Assembly: GCA_033763455.1 (NCBI GenBank)
Contig: JANRKO010000047.1
Coordinates: 64,001 to 128,000, forward strand
DNA from: Polyangiaceae bacterium
GTDB lineage: Bacteria > Myxococcota_A > Polyangia > Polyangiales > Polyangiaceae
Direction of reading: 5' to 3'
DNA length: 64,000 nt
Within the stretch, counting starts at the first letter, position 1; every line of letters begins with the position of its first letter. This document shows, piece by piece, positions 1 through 10,305 of the stretch. Made by a program: the position numbers and the translations under genes. The notes beneath the pieces are model-generated. The model was not told the DNA's origin and did no database searches. It saw only the letters and a program-made list of their open reading frames with translations.

Positions 1-958
1 GGCGGAGGTTTCAGCCCTGAATGACGCTGGAGTTCCGTGGTGGCAAAAGGACGACGCCAGCGTCCACGACGTAACCCTGGACCAACTCGAAGAAGAGGGC
101 GACGGCATTTTAGCCAAACGTATGGTGGCTGGCTTCTACGTGGCCGTAGACAGCGTATTTCACTGGAACAAGCGCACTTGGTACAAGACCACCAAGGGCA
201 TGGTTGCACCCGCGGACCGCTTCTGGGTAACGGCGGGTCCTGAATTCAAAGGGGTCGAGCTCGACGGCACCAACTACGCGCTGCCAGTCGCCTGGGTGTA
301 CGGCTGGCGCAAAGAGGCGGTCCTCTACGAGCTCGATGAGGCCAAAGACACGCTGAAGCCCAAAGGAACCGCCAAGCTGTTTCAGGCACTCAAGCTATCT
401 GGGCGCACCCGTTCGGTGCGCGGCAAGCCCTACCACGAGTTGGCCGAAGGGCTCTGGATCTCCGATCGAAGCATCCGCGTCACGCAACCCGGCCCCCCAC
501 CAGCGGGACTGCTACCAACCGAACGCTGGGTGGACGTGGATTTATCACAACAAACCTTAGTAGTTTTTGAAGGAACTCGCCCCGTGTACGCGACGCTGGT
601 CTCTACGGGAAAATCTTCAAAAATTAAGGAGAAAGACCACAGCACCCCTATCGGCGAGTGGCGGATCCGCGAAAAGCACATCACCACAACCATGGATGGT
701 GACGGCACCGCAGCCGGTGATCTGCCCTACAGCATCGAGGATGTGCCCTACGCGATGTACTACTACAAGGCATTCGCCTTACACGGGGCCTTCTGGCACA
801 AAAATTTCGGCACCCAAATGAGCCACGGCTGTGTCAACCTCGCCCCGCTGGATGCAAAATGGTTGTTCTTCTTCACGGACCCACCGGTCCCGCACGGAGT
901 GCACGGGGTCTGGGCGAGAGATAATCAGCCGGGCAGCCGCGTAGTGGTACATGAATAA
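1..958 (+). CDS. L,D-transpeptidase (YkuD domain), 5'-truncated by window edge
   Basis: VDVDLSQQTL..., ALHGAFWH...SHGCVNL catalytic His/Cys motif; the frame is open back to the window start. Confidence 0.9.
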   Translation, partial: AEVSALNDAGVPWWQKDDASVHDVTLDQLEEEGDGILAKRMVAGFYVAVDSVFHWNKRTWYKTTKGMVAPADRFWVTAGPEFKGVELDGTNYALPVAWVYGWRKEAVLYELDEAKDTLKPKGTAKLFQALKLSGRTRSVRGKPYHELAEGLWISDRSIRVTQPGPPPAGLLPTERWVDVDLSQQTLVVFEGTRPVYATLVSTGKSSKIKEKDHSTPIGEWRIREKHITTTMDGDGTAAGDLPYSIEDVPYAMYYYKAFALHGAFWHKNFGTQMSHGCVNLAPLDAKWLFFFTDPPVPHGVHGVWARDNQPGSRVVVHE

Positions 959-1083
959 GGCACGGTTTCCCGGCCGGCCTTTCGCTCCCAGCAGATTTCC
1001 AGTGTCAGGGCCTAAACTCTTGGGCGGATCGAGCCGGATTGCTTGACACGGTCGTGGGTACGGACGATTTAACTGCGCGCGAT

Positions 1084-2100
1084 ATGGACCAGTTCTCGGC
1101 TCACCTCGACCGCGGCTGGGACCTTGTCCAGCGCGGGGATTCCGACGGAGCGGAAGCTTCTGGGAAACGTGCGCTTGAAATCGATAGCCAGTCGCCGGAA
1201 GCCTACAACCTCTTGGGCTACGTCGCCGCGTTGAAGGGCGAGTTCGAGGAAGCCGTTGAGCACTATACCCAAGCCATCGCCTTGGACGACACGTACTTGG
1301 AGGCGATGCTGAACGCCGCCGAGGTTTACATTCACCCTCTGGGTGAATTCGATGACGCCATCGCCATGTGCGAGCACGCACTTGATTTGGCGGAGACCGA
1401 AGACGAAGTCGTCGACGCACTACTCTTACACTTCGACGCGCTGCTCGGCCGCGGCGACATGGAAGCAGCCAAGCAGATTGTTCAGAGGTTTCCTAAAGGG
1501 CCCTTTGAAAATCCAAACCACACTTTCCTGGTGGGGCGCGCCTACTACGAGACGGGCGCCATTGATGAATCCCGGCAGCTCGTTGAAGACGCCGTGAAGC
1601 GCAACCCTTCAAACCCAGAGGCTCAATATTACCTCGGCCTGATTTTGGACGAGTTGGGTGAATCTGGGCTTGGCACTAGCGCATTTTTACGCTCCCGTGA
1701 GCTCGATCTACTACAGCCTGCGCCAGCTTGGTCGCTCTCCGTGGAGACGTTCCAAATGACAGCCAAAAGGGCGCTCCAGTCGCTGGAAGAGCCCTTAAAA
1801 CGCTTCATTCGCCAGGAAGAAGTCTACGTGTGCGACGTCCCAGGCGTGGAAGTGGTGGTTGATGGGGTAGATCCACGCGCACTGCTCCTTTTGGACAGCG
1901 TTTCGATCGCGCCCGATGATCCGAACCCCACCGCACGCGTCTTTGTCTATCAGCGTAATGTGGAGCGCCTGGCTGGAGCCATCGAATACGTGCAGAGCGA
2001 AATTCGTTCGGCTTTAGAACGCGAGTTAACGGCGGCCTTCTTGGAGCCAGCACCCGAAAACGCTAATTCCGGGGCACCTCCCGACTCGGCCGCGCATTAA
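1084..2100 (+). CDS. TPR protein with degenerate zincin-like C-terminal domain
   Basis: Several TPRs (AYNLLGYV...EAVEHYTQAIALD; AQYYLGLI); C-terminus VFVYQRNVER lacks HExxH; start ATG 1084 (track TTG 1039). Confidence 0.75.
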   Translation: MDQFSAHLDRGWDLVQRGDSDGAEASGKRALEIDSQSPEAYNLLGYVAALKGEFEEAVEHYTQAIALDDTYLEAMLNAAEVYIHPLGEFDDAIAMCEHALDLAETEDEVVDALLLHFDALLGRGDMEAAKQIVQRFPKGPFENPNHTFLVGRAYYETGAIDESRQLVEDAVKRNPSNPEAQYYLGLILDELGESGLGTSAFLRSRELDLLQPAPAWSLSVETFQMTAKRALQSLEEPLKRFIRQEEVYVCDVPGVEVVVDGVDPRALLLLDSVSIAPDDPNPTARVFVYQRNVERLAGAIEYVQSEIRSALERELTAAFLEPAPENANSGAPPDSAAH

Positions 2101-2103
2101 CGC

Positions 2104-3135
2104 TTAGGTAACTCGCAGCGCGAGCTGAAAAGCTACCTGTTCGAGCAGAGTGCGCGCCGGGCTCGGGGCAATTCCAACCAGCTGGGCCACCGCTTGCTCG
2201 GTGTGGCGTTTGGCGCGTTCTCGGACCTCATCGCACGCGCCGCTTTCGATCACCGCGCGGCTCACCTCGGCCACTCGGCGCGCATCCCCAGCGTGGATCT
2301 CGCTGAGCGGCTGGATGAGGGCCGGACGCCGAGCCACGGCGAGCACGAGAGGTAGAGTGAGCTTACCCTCGGTCAGATCGGCGAAGAGCGTCTTGCCGGT
2401 ATTTTCTCCGGAGTAGTCGAGAGCGTCGTCTACAAGTTGGAACGCGATACCAAGCAGTTCCCCAAACTGACCCAAACGTGCCTGAAGAGCTTCGTTGGCT
2501 CCACCCAGACGCGCACCGGTGCGTGTTGCCCACGCAAACAATGACGCGGTTTTCTTACGCAAAATCAGATCGTAGGTGGCTTCGCTGACGTCGAGCTCGG
2601 TGCGGCCCTTTAGCTGGACAACTTCGCCCTCCACCAAGCACCGAAGCGTTCCAACCAGATCGGCCATCGCGTCGGGTGCCACTTGTGACGTTCGCTCAAG
2701 GGCCGTGACTAACAGCAAGTCCCCCGCCAATACGCTCATTCCGTTTCCCCAGATCCGTCGCGCAGCAGGCGCGCCGCGACGCTCCTGGCCCTCATCCACT
2801 ACGTCGTCGTGAAGAAGCGTCGCCGAGTGGACGAGCTCGGCCACCACGCCTAGGTCACGCGCCACGCTTGGAATTTTTCCAAAGCAAGCGGCACTGAGGA
2901 GCAGAGCAAGAGGGCGCACCCGTTTGCCGCCGCGGCTGATAAGATGTGCTGCGGCAGAAACAGCTGGCTCGGGCCCGCCGATCAGAGCTTTGGCTAGCTC
3001 AGCCTCCAACCCAATTAGCTCCTGACCTAAGAAAGACTGCGCGTCGGCCAAGCGCTCTTGAAGTCGGCCACCGGTTTCACGGGCAGCGCCAGCTTCACTC
3101 AGCGTCGTCAGGGCGGCCGAAACCGATAACGGCAT
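2104..3135 (-). CDS. ispB: Polyprenyl diphosphate synthase (IspB-like)
   Basis: GGKRVRP, FARM HDDVVD..RRG, KTASLF, SARM FQLVDDALD; start uncertain (3135 or 3228). Confidence 0.85.
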   Translation of the reverse strand: MPLSVSAALTTLSEAGAARETGGRLQERLADAQSFLGQELIGLEAELAKALIGGPEPAVSAAAHLISRGGKRVRPLALLLSAACFGKIPSVARDLGVVAELVHSATLLHDDVVDEGQERRGAPAARRIWGNGMSVLAGDLLLVTALERTSQVAPDAMADLVGTLRCLVEGEVVQLKGRTELDVSEATYDLILRKKTASLFAWATRTGARLGGANEALQARLGQFGELLGIAFQLVDDALDYSGENTGKTLFADLTEGKLTLPLVLAVARRPALIQPLSEIHAGDARRVAEVSRAVIESGACDEVRERAKRHTEQAVAQLVGIAPSPARTLLEQVAFQLALRVT

Positions 3136-3306
3136 AGATCCTCGGGAATTAGTGACGTTGGGCGTTTGGATGGCGGGACTATGCGGTACACCCCCGAGAA
3201 ACGTCAACGTCGCGTTGGGGTCGTCCATCAAGAGAAGGAGGCCTTCCCTGGCGGAATTTGCCACGCTGTTTGACGTGAACGCCCGGAGGGGGCTAAGCGT
3301 GGGGCC

Positions 3307-3774
3307 GTGGACAAGCCCGGTTCGATGCCGAGCCCAGCCGAACGGGTGGGCCAACGCGTTTCGCTTGGGCTGTATATCGGTCTCGTCACGGCGTTCACCC
3401 TGATATGCTCGTTGCAAGTCATTCTGCAAGCCTGGGCGACACCGGCGATAGGCCTCCCCGTAAATTGCCCTCAAAAGGCCGAATCGCTACTCCAAGGCCT
3501 GCGGCGAGCCCGGGAAGCGGCGCGTAAGGGGGATAGCGAACAACACAGCTTGGAGCTGTTTCGCACAGCCTTGGGCCCAGATTGGGACGCCAAAAACAGC
3601 ATAGCGAACGCTTGCGCCAACAATGCCCCATCCAGCCGCTTGATTCGAGAGATCGACCAACTTCGCTATGCGGAGGAGCACGCAGTGCGCTATGAAGCGC
3701 GGGAGCTCACGCAGCGCCGGCAGCGGGTCTCAACGCTCGAACGCGAGCTCGGCCTAGATCCGGCCCCCCACTGA
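3307..3774 (+). CDS. Hypothetical membrane-anchored protein
   Basis: N-terminal hydrophobic helix, helical C-terminus, ends 11 bp before the helicase gene. Confidence 0.6.
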   Translation: MDKPGSMPSPAERVGQRVSLGLYIGLVTAFTLICSLQVILQAWATPAIGLPVNCPQKAESLLQGLRRAREAARKGDSEQHSLELFRTALGPDWDAKNSIANACANNAPSSRLIREIDQLRYAEEHAVRYEARELTQRRQRVSTLERELGLDPAPH

Positions 3775-3785
3775 AGACCGCCTGA

Positions 3786-5693
3786 ATGACCGCAGACCTG
3801 GACCCGAAACCCCTTCCCCTCCCCACCTTCGACGCACTTCCCCTCTCCAAAGAGTTGCGTCAGGCCGTCAACGAGCTCGGGTACATTCACCCGAGCCCAG
3901 TGCAGCTTGCCGTTTTCGAGCCCGCCACGCGCGGCCGCGATCTGGTGGTTCAGGCGCGAACGGGCACCGGAAAGACCGCAGCGTTTGGCCTTCCATTGGC
4001 CGACAGTTTGGTGCGGCGGCAGCAAAAAAACGTCCAGGCACTCGTGCTCTGCCCAACGCGTGAGTTGGCGCTACAGGTAAAGCGAGAAATCTCGTCTCTG
4101 TGCAAGTACCGCGAGTTAGTTGCGGTGCCCGTGTACGGCGGAGCACCGATGGCCAAGCAGGTCGCCGAGTTGAGTGAAGGCGCGCAGATTTTGGTGGGGA
4201 CACCTGGGCGCGTCTTGGACCACCTGGAACGGGGAACCTTCAATCCAAAAGATGTTCGGGTGGTGATCCTCGATGAGTCGGACGAAATGCTCTCGATGGG
4301 CTTTCTCCCGCAAATCAACGCCATTTTCGGGTATTTGCCCGAATCGCGCCAGACGCTCCTTTTTAGCGCCACCTTGCCCTCCGCCATCCAGCGTATGGCG
4401 CAAACGCGGTTGAAGAATCCAGAGTTTATCACTCTCAGCGGAGATAGCGTCGGGGCACTCGAGATCCAACACATTCTGTACCTGACCCATGGCGATAAGC
4501 TCGCCAATTTGATTCAGGTGATCGAAGTGGAAAACCCCGAAAGCGCGATCGTGTTTTGCAACACGCGAGACGAAACCAAGCGCGCGTGCGCCGCCCTTCA
4601 GGCCCAAGGCTTCGATGCCGAGTGGCTCAACGCAGATCTCCCGCAGAAAGATCGCGAACGGGTGCTCGGCCTCACGCGCGAAGGCAAAGTACGTTTCCTG
4701 GTCGCCACCGATGTGGCGGCGCGCGGCATCGATATCTCCCACCTCACGCACGTCATCAACCACGATTTTCCAGATTCTCCCGAAAATTACGTCCATCGAA
4801 CAGGCCGAACGGGCAGAGCTGGCCGCACCGGTACAGCCATCTCGTTGGTTTCGCCGTCACAAATCGGCAACCTCTACATGATGCGGTTAACCTACGGGAT
4901 CCCGCTGATTGAGAAGCAATTGCCGAGCGCGCGCGAGCTGCGTACCCGTTCGGAAATGGACGTCGTTGAGATGTTCGTGGCGGCAGCCAGCGAACGTCGC
5001 CCGCACGCGGATGATCTCGCACTCGCTCGTCGGTTGCTCACCCATGAACAAGCCGAACGAGTGGTCGCAGGCTTGCTCCGAGAACACCTCGGTGCCCGGC
5101 CAGAAACGTCCGATGTTGCCACGGCGGCCCGACGGGCGAAGCTCCCGCCGCCCGCACCCGTTCAGGTGGAAGCTCCCCCCGTATCGCCCACGGCCGCGCA
5201 CAGCCCGGCCGCCGCCCCGCGCGCAACCGCTTCGCCTGCCAATGGTAACGGCACCAACGGCAACGGCGACAAAGCGCGCCAGCCCAGCCGCGAACGACCG
5301 CGCGAGCCGTACGGGGAAAGAACGCGTGATGCACGGCCGCGCCAGCGCCGCGACCGCGGTGACCGCGAGGAATTCGGCTATACCGTACAAGATATGCCCG
5401 AAGCGTCGGGCCCCGGGGCAGGTACAAGTAGCTCCCGAGATGCGAGCTCCGTGGAAGGCCCCGAAGCAGAGGTTTTTGTGAACCTGGGGCGACGCGACGG
5501 AGTGGAGGCAGAAGCGCTCGTCACACTGTTGCGCAATCAAGGCCTCACGATCGGGGACAGCCAAGCGGTAAGGGTTCGGGACCGCCACACCTTTGTCAGC
5601 GTGCAACGTGAACAGCTCGCCGCCGCCCTGGCAGCCCTGGATGGCAGCGAGTTGGCCGGAAAAACGGCCCGTGCCGAGCAAGCTCGGCGCTAA
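3786..5693 (+). CDS. deaD: DEAD-box RNA helicase with C-terminal DbpA-type RNA-binding domain (DeaD/CsdA-like)
   Basis: Q motif, ARTGTGKT, PTRELA, TPGR, DESD, SAT, ARGID, HRTGRTGRAG; C-terminal VFVNLGRRDG. Confidence 0.85.
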   Translation: MTADLDPKPLPLPTFDALPLSKELRQAVNELGYIHPSPVQLAVFEPATRGRDLVVQARTGTGKTAAFGLPLADSLVRRQQKNVQALVLCPTRELALQVKREISSLCKYRELVAVPVYGGAPMAKQVAELSEGAQILVGTPGRVLDHLERGTFNPKDVRVVILDESDEMLSMGFLPQINAIFGYLPESRQTLLFSATLPSAIQRMAQTRLKNPEFITLSGDSVGALEIQHILYLTHGDKLANLIQVIEVENPESAIVFCNTRDETKRACAALQAQGFDAEWLNADLPQKDRERVLGLTREGKVRFLVATDVAARGIDISHLTHVINHDFPDSPENYVHRTGRTGRAGRTGTAISLVSPSQIGNLYMMRLTYGIPLIEKQLPSARELRTRSEMDVVEMFVAAASERRPHADDLALARRLLTHEQAERVVAGLLREHLGARPETSDVATAARRAKLPPPAPVQVEAPPVSPTAAHSPAAAPRATASPANGNGTNGNGDKARQPSRERPREPYGERTRDARPRQRRDRGDREEFGYTVQDMPEASGPGAGTSSSRDASSVEGPEAEVFVNLGRRDGVEAEALVTLLRNQGLTIGDSQAVRVRDRHTFVSVQREQLAAALAALDGSELAGKTARAEQARR

Positions 5694-5766
5694 GGGCCCG
5701 ACAAACTCGTTGGCTTGAGCCGTTTCCCTTTGCACCTCCTGCCCCAGAACGCTAACAAACCGGCCT

Positions 5767-6342
5767 ATGGCACTGCGTGCCCGCGACAAGCTTCTGAATG
5801 ACGTGAACTGGGCGCTCGAAAATGGGCTCCCGCCTCGCGATTTGGTGCCCATGCTCCGAAGCCTGCTCGCTCAGGTCGAGCCGGAAAGTGCCGAGGCCCT
5901 GCGCGCCAAGCGGCATCTGGCGGAGCTGCTTGTAGAGTCGGATCCGTGGCGCGCAGCTGGGTACGCCCGCGACGTGCTGAAGGCCGAGCAGGATGATCGC
6001 TCCTACGCTGTGCTCGGGCTAGCCCACACGTTGCTCGGGAATTTTCGTGCGGCAGCGAGCGCCTATCGCTCGGCGATCCATCTCCGAGCAGACTGCGCCT
6101 GGTACCTTCATAATCTAGGGCATTTGCTAGATGTTGCCCTCAAGCGCCCCGAAGATGCACTGCTTTACCTGCGCAAAGCGCACCTGAGTGTTCCCGATGA
6201 GCCAGAAATGGCTGCATCTTACGCGCATGCGTTGTTGCGTACCGCCCGAGAGTCCGAGGCTCGCTCCGTGTTGGCGGGTGTCTTGGAAGGGCCGGCTGAG
6301 GTCGAAGCGCTTTTGGCACGCTGGTCTCGCGTTCCCGGCTGA
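5767..6342 (+). CDS. TPR protein
   Basis: TPR-like helices (AVLGLAHTLLG..A..AY; YLHNLGHLL). Confidence 0.7.
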   Translation: MALRARDKLLNDVNWALENGLPPRDLVPMLRSLLAQVEPESAEALRAKRHLAELLVESDPWRAAGYARDVLKAEQDDRSYAVLGLAHTLLGNFRAAASAYRSAIHLRADCAWYLHNLGHLLDVALKRPEDALLYLRKAHLSVPDEPEMAASYAHALLRTARESEARSVLAGVLEGPAEVEALLARWSRVPG

Positions 6343-6387
6343 GACCCCCTTTCCGATCGGGGCCGACCCCACTATCGAAGGGACACT

Positions 6388-7875
6388 ATGCGCCCGTTGT
6401 TCCTTGCCTCCTGGGTTGTGGCCGCCACGGCAGTTTTTTCCCAGGCACACGCCCAAACCGTCACTCCGGCTTCTCCCCCTGCGCCGAGGCCGCCCGAAGC
6501 TGCTGGGCCTCCCGCCTCGGCCACCTCCCAAGCGCCAGCTGCCGCTGACGGAGTCTCCACTTCCACCACTCCCGCAGCTCCTGAATTTAATCTGAGCGAT
6601 CCTTTGTTGCAGGCCCAATTGCCAGCCGCCAAGGTGCTTTCCAACTGGCAGCAGGCTATCACCCTCGTTCGGAGTAACTCGACGAACTTGAAGAGCGCTC
6701 TGCTGCAGATCCAACAGGCAGAAGCACAAGCGCGCCAGGCGCTGGCTCAATCTTACCCCTCCTTGAGCGCCAACGGAAATATTTCCAGGCATCTACTCTT
6801 AGGCGAAGCGGCCCCCAATCCCCTGAACCCCGCCAGCAATGGAGGGAGCATTCCGGATCCGGCAACCACCTGGCAGGCTGGACTCAACCTTCGCATCCCC
6901 GTGATCGCACCCCAAGCATGGTACGACGGTGCGACGGCCAAATCCGCCATCGAACTTGCAAAGTTAAGCTCCAGCGAAACCGAAAGGCTGCTTCTAGCCG
7001 GGCTCGCGGATGCAATTGTCAATGTGATCACGTCTGAACGCTTGCTGGAAGTCAGCCAGGTGTCACTTCGCTCAACGCTTTCCACTTTAGAGCTGAATAC
7101 TCGGCGCGAAAGCCTGGGGGGCGGCAGCCAAGTGGATGTGTTGCGCGCGGAGCAGGAAGTTGCGTCAGCGCGTGCTCAAGTGATTGCGGCGATCGAAGGC
7201 GTGCAACGTTCACGTGAAGCGCTCGGCTTGGCCCTGGGTTCCGAAGAATCGTATTCCGTAGCCCCCAACATCCAGATCGATGCCCTGGTGAGTGATGCCA
7301 ATGCCGTCTGCCACCGCGAACAGAACGTAACCCAACGGTCCGACATCCGGGTGGCTCAGAGCAACACCGAGCTCGCTGCCCGGCGCCTCAAGAGCGTTGA
7401 CTACGGATTCTACCCCACGCTCGATTTGGTTTCCGGAGCTACGCTTTTTGGCAGCACCAATCAGAGCCCCAACCGTGAACGCGTGACCTGGACGGTAGCG
7501 GGCGTCCTCAACTGGACCCTGTACGATGGTGGCGCACGCTACGCTGGTCGCGACGTCGCAGCCACCCAACTGGGCCTTGCCCGAGAAACGCTCACAGATA
7601 CGCGTCGTAAAGCGTTGCTCCAACTTTCCCAAACCGCACGCGCGGTGCGCGTCGCCGCGGCCAACCTCGCCGTCAGCCAGAAGGCCCGCGATATTTCGCA
7701 GAAGAGCTCGGAGCTCTCAAAAATCGCCTTTATCAACGGCGCTGGGACTGCCTTTGACGTCGTAGACACCGAGCGCCGCTTGCGTTCCAGCGAACTGGAC
7801 CTCGCGATTAAGGAATTTGAGCTCGTAAAAGCGAAGATTACGGCGCTGCTTGCTCAGGCGAGCTGCGACATTTAG
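6388..7875 (+). CDS. TolC-family outer membrane efflux protein
   Basis: Signal peptide, two OEP repeats (YPSLS...; G.GSQVDVLRAE; YPTLDL; GAGTAFDVVD). Confidence 0.85.
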   Translation: MRPLFLASWVVAATAVFSQAHAQTVTPASPPAPRPPEAAGPPASATSQAPAAADGVSTSTTPAAPEFNLSDPLLQAQLPAAKVLSNWQQAITLVRSNSTNLKSALLQIQQAEAQARQALAQSYPSLSANGNISRHLLLGEAAPNPLNPASNGGSIPDPATTWQAGLNLRIPVIAPQAWYDGATAKSAIELAKLSSSETERLLLAGLADAIVNVITSERLLEVSQVSLRSTLSTLELNTRRESLGGGSQVDVLRAEQEVASARAQVIAAIEGVQRSREALGLALGSEESYSVAPNIQIDALVSDANAVCHREQNVTQRSDIRVAQSNTELAARRLKSVDYGFYPTLDLVSGATLFGSTNQSPNRERVTWTVAGVLNWTLYDGGARYAGRDVAATQLGLARETLTDTRRKALLQLSQTARAVRVAAANLAVSQKARDISQKSSELSKIAFINGAGTAFDVVDTERRLRSSELDLAIKEFELVKAKITALLAQASCDI

Positions 7876-7942
7876 TCGCCGGCAAAGGGTCGAACAAGGC
7901 TCACGGTTGGGCTAAGCTCCCGAAGCTTTCCGCGGCTTGCCC

Positions 7943-8650
7943 ATGGCTCAGAAGAAACTCTATCCCATCCTCTTGGTCGCGACCGCGCTGCTCTTCTTTT
8001 ATCTGATCCAGTTCGTCGGCTTTACGGTGCCACAGGCACAAGCCGAGGCTGGAGGGATCGCTCAGAAGATCTTCTACTTTCACGTACCTTCCGCGTACGC
8101 GATGTACCTGTGCGGCACGGTGTGTTTTGTTGCAAGTTGCGGCTACCTATACCGCCCCTCGGATACCTGGGACGCTTGGGCGAGGGCCGGCTCCGAGTGC
8201 GCCGTGGCCTTTGGTAGCATGGTGCTGTTGAGTGGGCCGCTTTGGGCAAAGAAAGCCTGGGGCGTCTATTGGACATGGGATCCGCGCCTCACTACTCTGC
8301 TGCTAACGGTGCTCATCTATGCCGCGCTGGTGGTGATGCGGGCGTTTACCGGTGACGGCGACGCGGAGCGCAAGTTCGCGGCGGGATTTGGGATCCTTGG
8401 AACGGTTAACCTACCCATCGTCCACTATTCGGTTAAAAAGTGGGGAGGCAATCACCCCACGGTGGTTGGGCAGGGCGGCGGAGGCCTCCGCGATCCCGAC
8501 ATGGTGACGGCTCTTTCACTCGGCTTTTTGGCCATGACGTTGCTTGCCGTGCTCCTCATCGTAGCTCGAGCGAATTTGGCCCAGGCGCGCGCACGGGTAG
8601 CAGCCCTTGAAGAGCAGGCTGCCGTCGATGGCATCCTAGAAAGCCCTTAA
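7943..8650 (+). CDS. ccmC: Heme exporter/cytochrome c biogenesis protein CcmC
   Basis: IFYFHVP and Trp-rich WWD motif GPLWAKKAWGVYWTWDPRLT, HYSV..W..HP. Confidence 0.9.
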   Translation: MAQKKLYPILLVATALLFFYLIQFVGFTVPQAQAEAGGIAQKIFYFHVPSAYAMYLCGTVCFVASCGYLYRPSDTWDAWARAGSECAVAFGSMVLLSGPLWAKKAWGVYWTWDPRLTTLLLTVLIYAALVVMRAFTGDGDAERKFAAGFGILGTVNLPIVHYSVKKWGGNHPTVVGQGGGGLRDPDMVTALSLGFLAMTLLAVLLIVARANLAQARARVAALEEQAAVDGILESP

Positions 8651-8679
8651 TTCCGAAGCGTCTTGATTTGAGTAGTCCC

Positions 8680-8919
8680 ATGCAGACACCGTCAGCCAAT
8701 CCGAATCTCAATAAGACTCCTGAAGGCCGCGCCCAAGAGTTCCAGGCGGTTCAGGGGGCCCCCGAAACCACGAGCGCCGAAGCGTTACTGATAACCGCTT
8801 ATATCGGCATGTGGGCCATCCTCATGGTTTTCGTGTTTCTTTCCTGGCGTCGCCAGCAGAAGCTCAACGTGCGGATTGCGGAGCTTGAGGCGGCGCTCGC
8901 CAAGCGCAAAGGAGCCTGA
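8680..8919 (+). CDS. ccmD: CcmD-like small membrane protein
   Basis: Directly after ccmC; AY..W hydrophobic helix followed by a basic coiled tail. Confidence 0.6.
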   Translation: MQTPSANPNLNKTPEGRAQEFQAVQGAPETTSAEALLITAYIGMWAILMVFVFLSWRRQQKLNVRIAELEAALAKRKGA

Positions 8920-8930
8920 GGGCGGGCCCC

Positions 8931-9056
8931 ATGCCTCTTGAGCATGTTATCTATATTCCGGTCATATTGGGCCTTGGGTTCGCGGTCGGTTATGTCGTGG
9001 GAATGCGGGCCGTACGCACTGAAGTAGCTAAAGCCAAGAAGGCAGCGAAGGAGTAG
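8931..9056 (+). CDS. 41-aa single-TM protein (not in ORF track): MPLEHVIYIPVILGLGFAVGYVVGMRAVRTEVAKAKKAAKE
   Basis: ATG 8931 to TAG 9056 fills the ccmD-ACAD gap; AGGAG upstream; TM helix plus basic tail. Confidence 0.7.
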   Translation: MPLEHVIYIPVILGLGFAVGYVVGMRAVRTEVAKAKKAAKE

Positions 9057-9059
9057 GCG

Positions 9060-10199
9060 ATGTTAAATTTCGGTCTTTCAGAAGAACAGCAGGCCCTCGT
9101 TGAAGCAGCGCGGCGTTTCGCCAAAGAGCGGATCATTCCCATCGCTGCGGCCTGCGATAAAGAAAGCACCTTTCCCAAAGATGTGTTCGAAGCTGGCCAC
9201 GCACTTGGCTTCGTGAACGCCACCGTGCCGGCTGAGTATGGTGGGCCAGGTCTCGGCGAACTCGAAAACGCCTTAATCGCCGAACAGTTAGCCTACGGCT
9301 GCACGGGGATCCAAACCAGCATGCTGGCCAACACGCTCGCGGCCACTCCCATCAAGCTCGCTGGTAGCGAAGAGCAGAAGAAGAAGTACCTTGGCATGCT
9401 CACAAGCTCGCCGGTGTTTGCCAGCTACTGCACCACCGAGCCGAGCGGCGGCAGCGATGTTGCGGGCCTGCGCACCACTTATAAGCAGCACGGTTCGGAT
9501 TACGTGCTCAACGGCGAAAAGTGCTGGATTACCAACGCTTCTTTTGCGAGCTTTTACGTGGTTTTCGCCACCACCAATCCCGAAAAACGCCACAAGGGCA
9601 TCGCCGCCTTCATCATCGATAGAGATACTCCGGGCCTGCGCGTAGGCAAACATGAAGACAAGCTGGGCCAACGCGCGAGCGATACGGCGGCCGTGCACTT
9701 CGAAGATGTCGTTGTGAGTGCGGCAAATATGCTGGCGCCCGAGGGCGAAGGGTTCAAGCTCGCGATGGAGACCTTCAACCAGACGCGGCCCGATATCGGT
9801 GCGATGGCAACGGGGCTCATGCAGCGTTGCTTGGACGAATCGGTGGCTTACGCCAAGGAGCGTAAAACCTTCGGAGTGGCTATCTCTGAGCACCAGCTTA
9901 TTCAAGCGATGCTTGCCGAGATGGCCATCGGCGCCGAGGCAACTCGCCTTTTGTACCAAAAAGCCGCCTGGAACCTCGACAACGACGTGCGGGACCCAAT
10001 TGTCTCAAGCTACGCCAAAGCGTTCGGCGCCGACCGCGCCATGCAGACAGCCATCGACGCCGTGCAGGTCTTTGGTGGCAACGGGTACGTGCGGGATTAT
10101 CCAGTCGAAAAACTCATGCGTGACGCGAAAGTCCTTCAGATCTACGAGGGTACCAGCCAGATCCAGCGGCTCGTCATCGCACGGCAGCTGATTCGATAA
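9060..10199 (+). CDS. Acyl-CoA dehydrogenase
   Basis: [40 protein letters not shown]...[10 protein letters not shown]. Confidence 0.95.
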   Translation: MLNFGLSEEQQALVEAARRFAKERIIPIAAACDKESTFPKDVFEAGHALGFVNATVPAEYGGPGLGELENALIAEQLAYGCTGIQTSMLANTLAATPIKLAGSEEQKKKYLGMLTSSPVFASYCTTEPSGGSDVAGLRTTYKQHGSDYVLNGEKCWITNASFASFYVVFATTNPEKRHKGIAAFIIDRDTPGLRVGKHEDKLGQRASDTAAVHFEDVVVSAANMLAPEGEGFKLAMETFNQTRPDIGAMATGLMQRCLDESVAYAKERKTFGVAISEHQLIQAMLAEMAIGAEATRLLYQKAAWNLDNDVRDPIVSSYAKAFGADRAMQTAIDAVQVFGGNGYVRDYPVEKLMRDAKVLQIYEGTSQIQRLVIARQLIR

Positions 10200-10305
10200 G
10201 GGCCGCTCGGCGTTCGTACCCAAAAGCGTCGGGGCGCCTCCAAATCAGCCATTTTAAGGCTCTCAAACGATTGCGGCAGGCGACCTTCGGGGGTAGCTTG
10301 GTCCC

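Noticed and set aside
7208..7220. Additional parS candidates (TTCACGTGAA near 7209; TTTCACGTGA near 35381)
   Set aside because: Only the core matches, flanks are poor, and both lie inside coding sequence.
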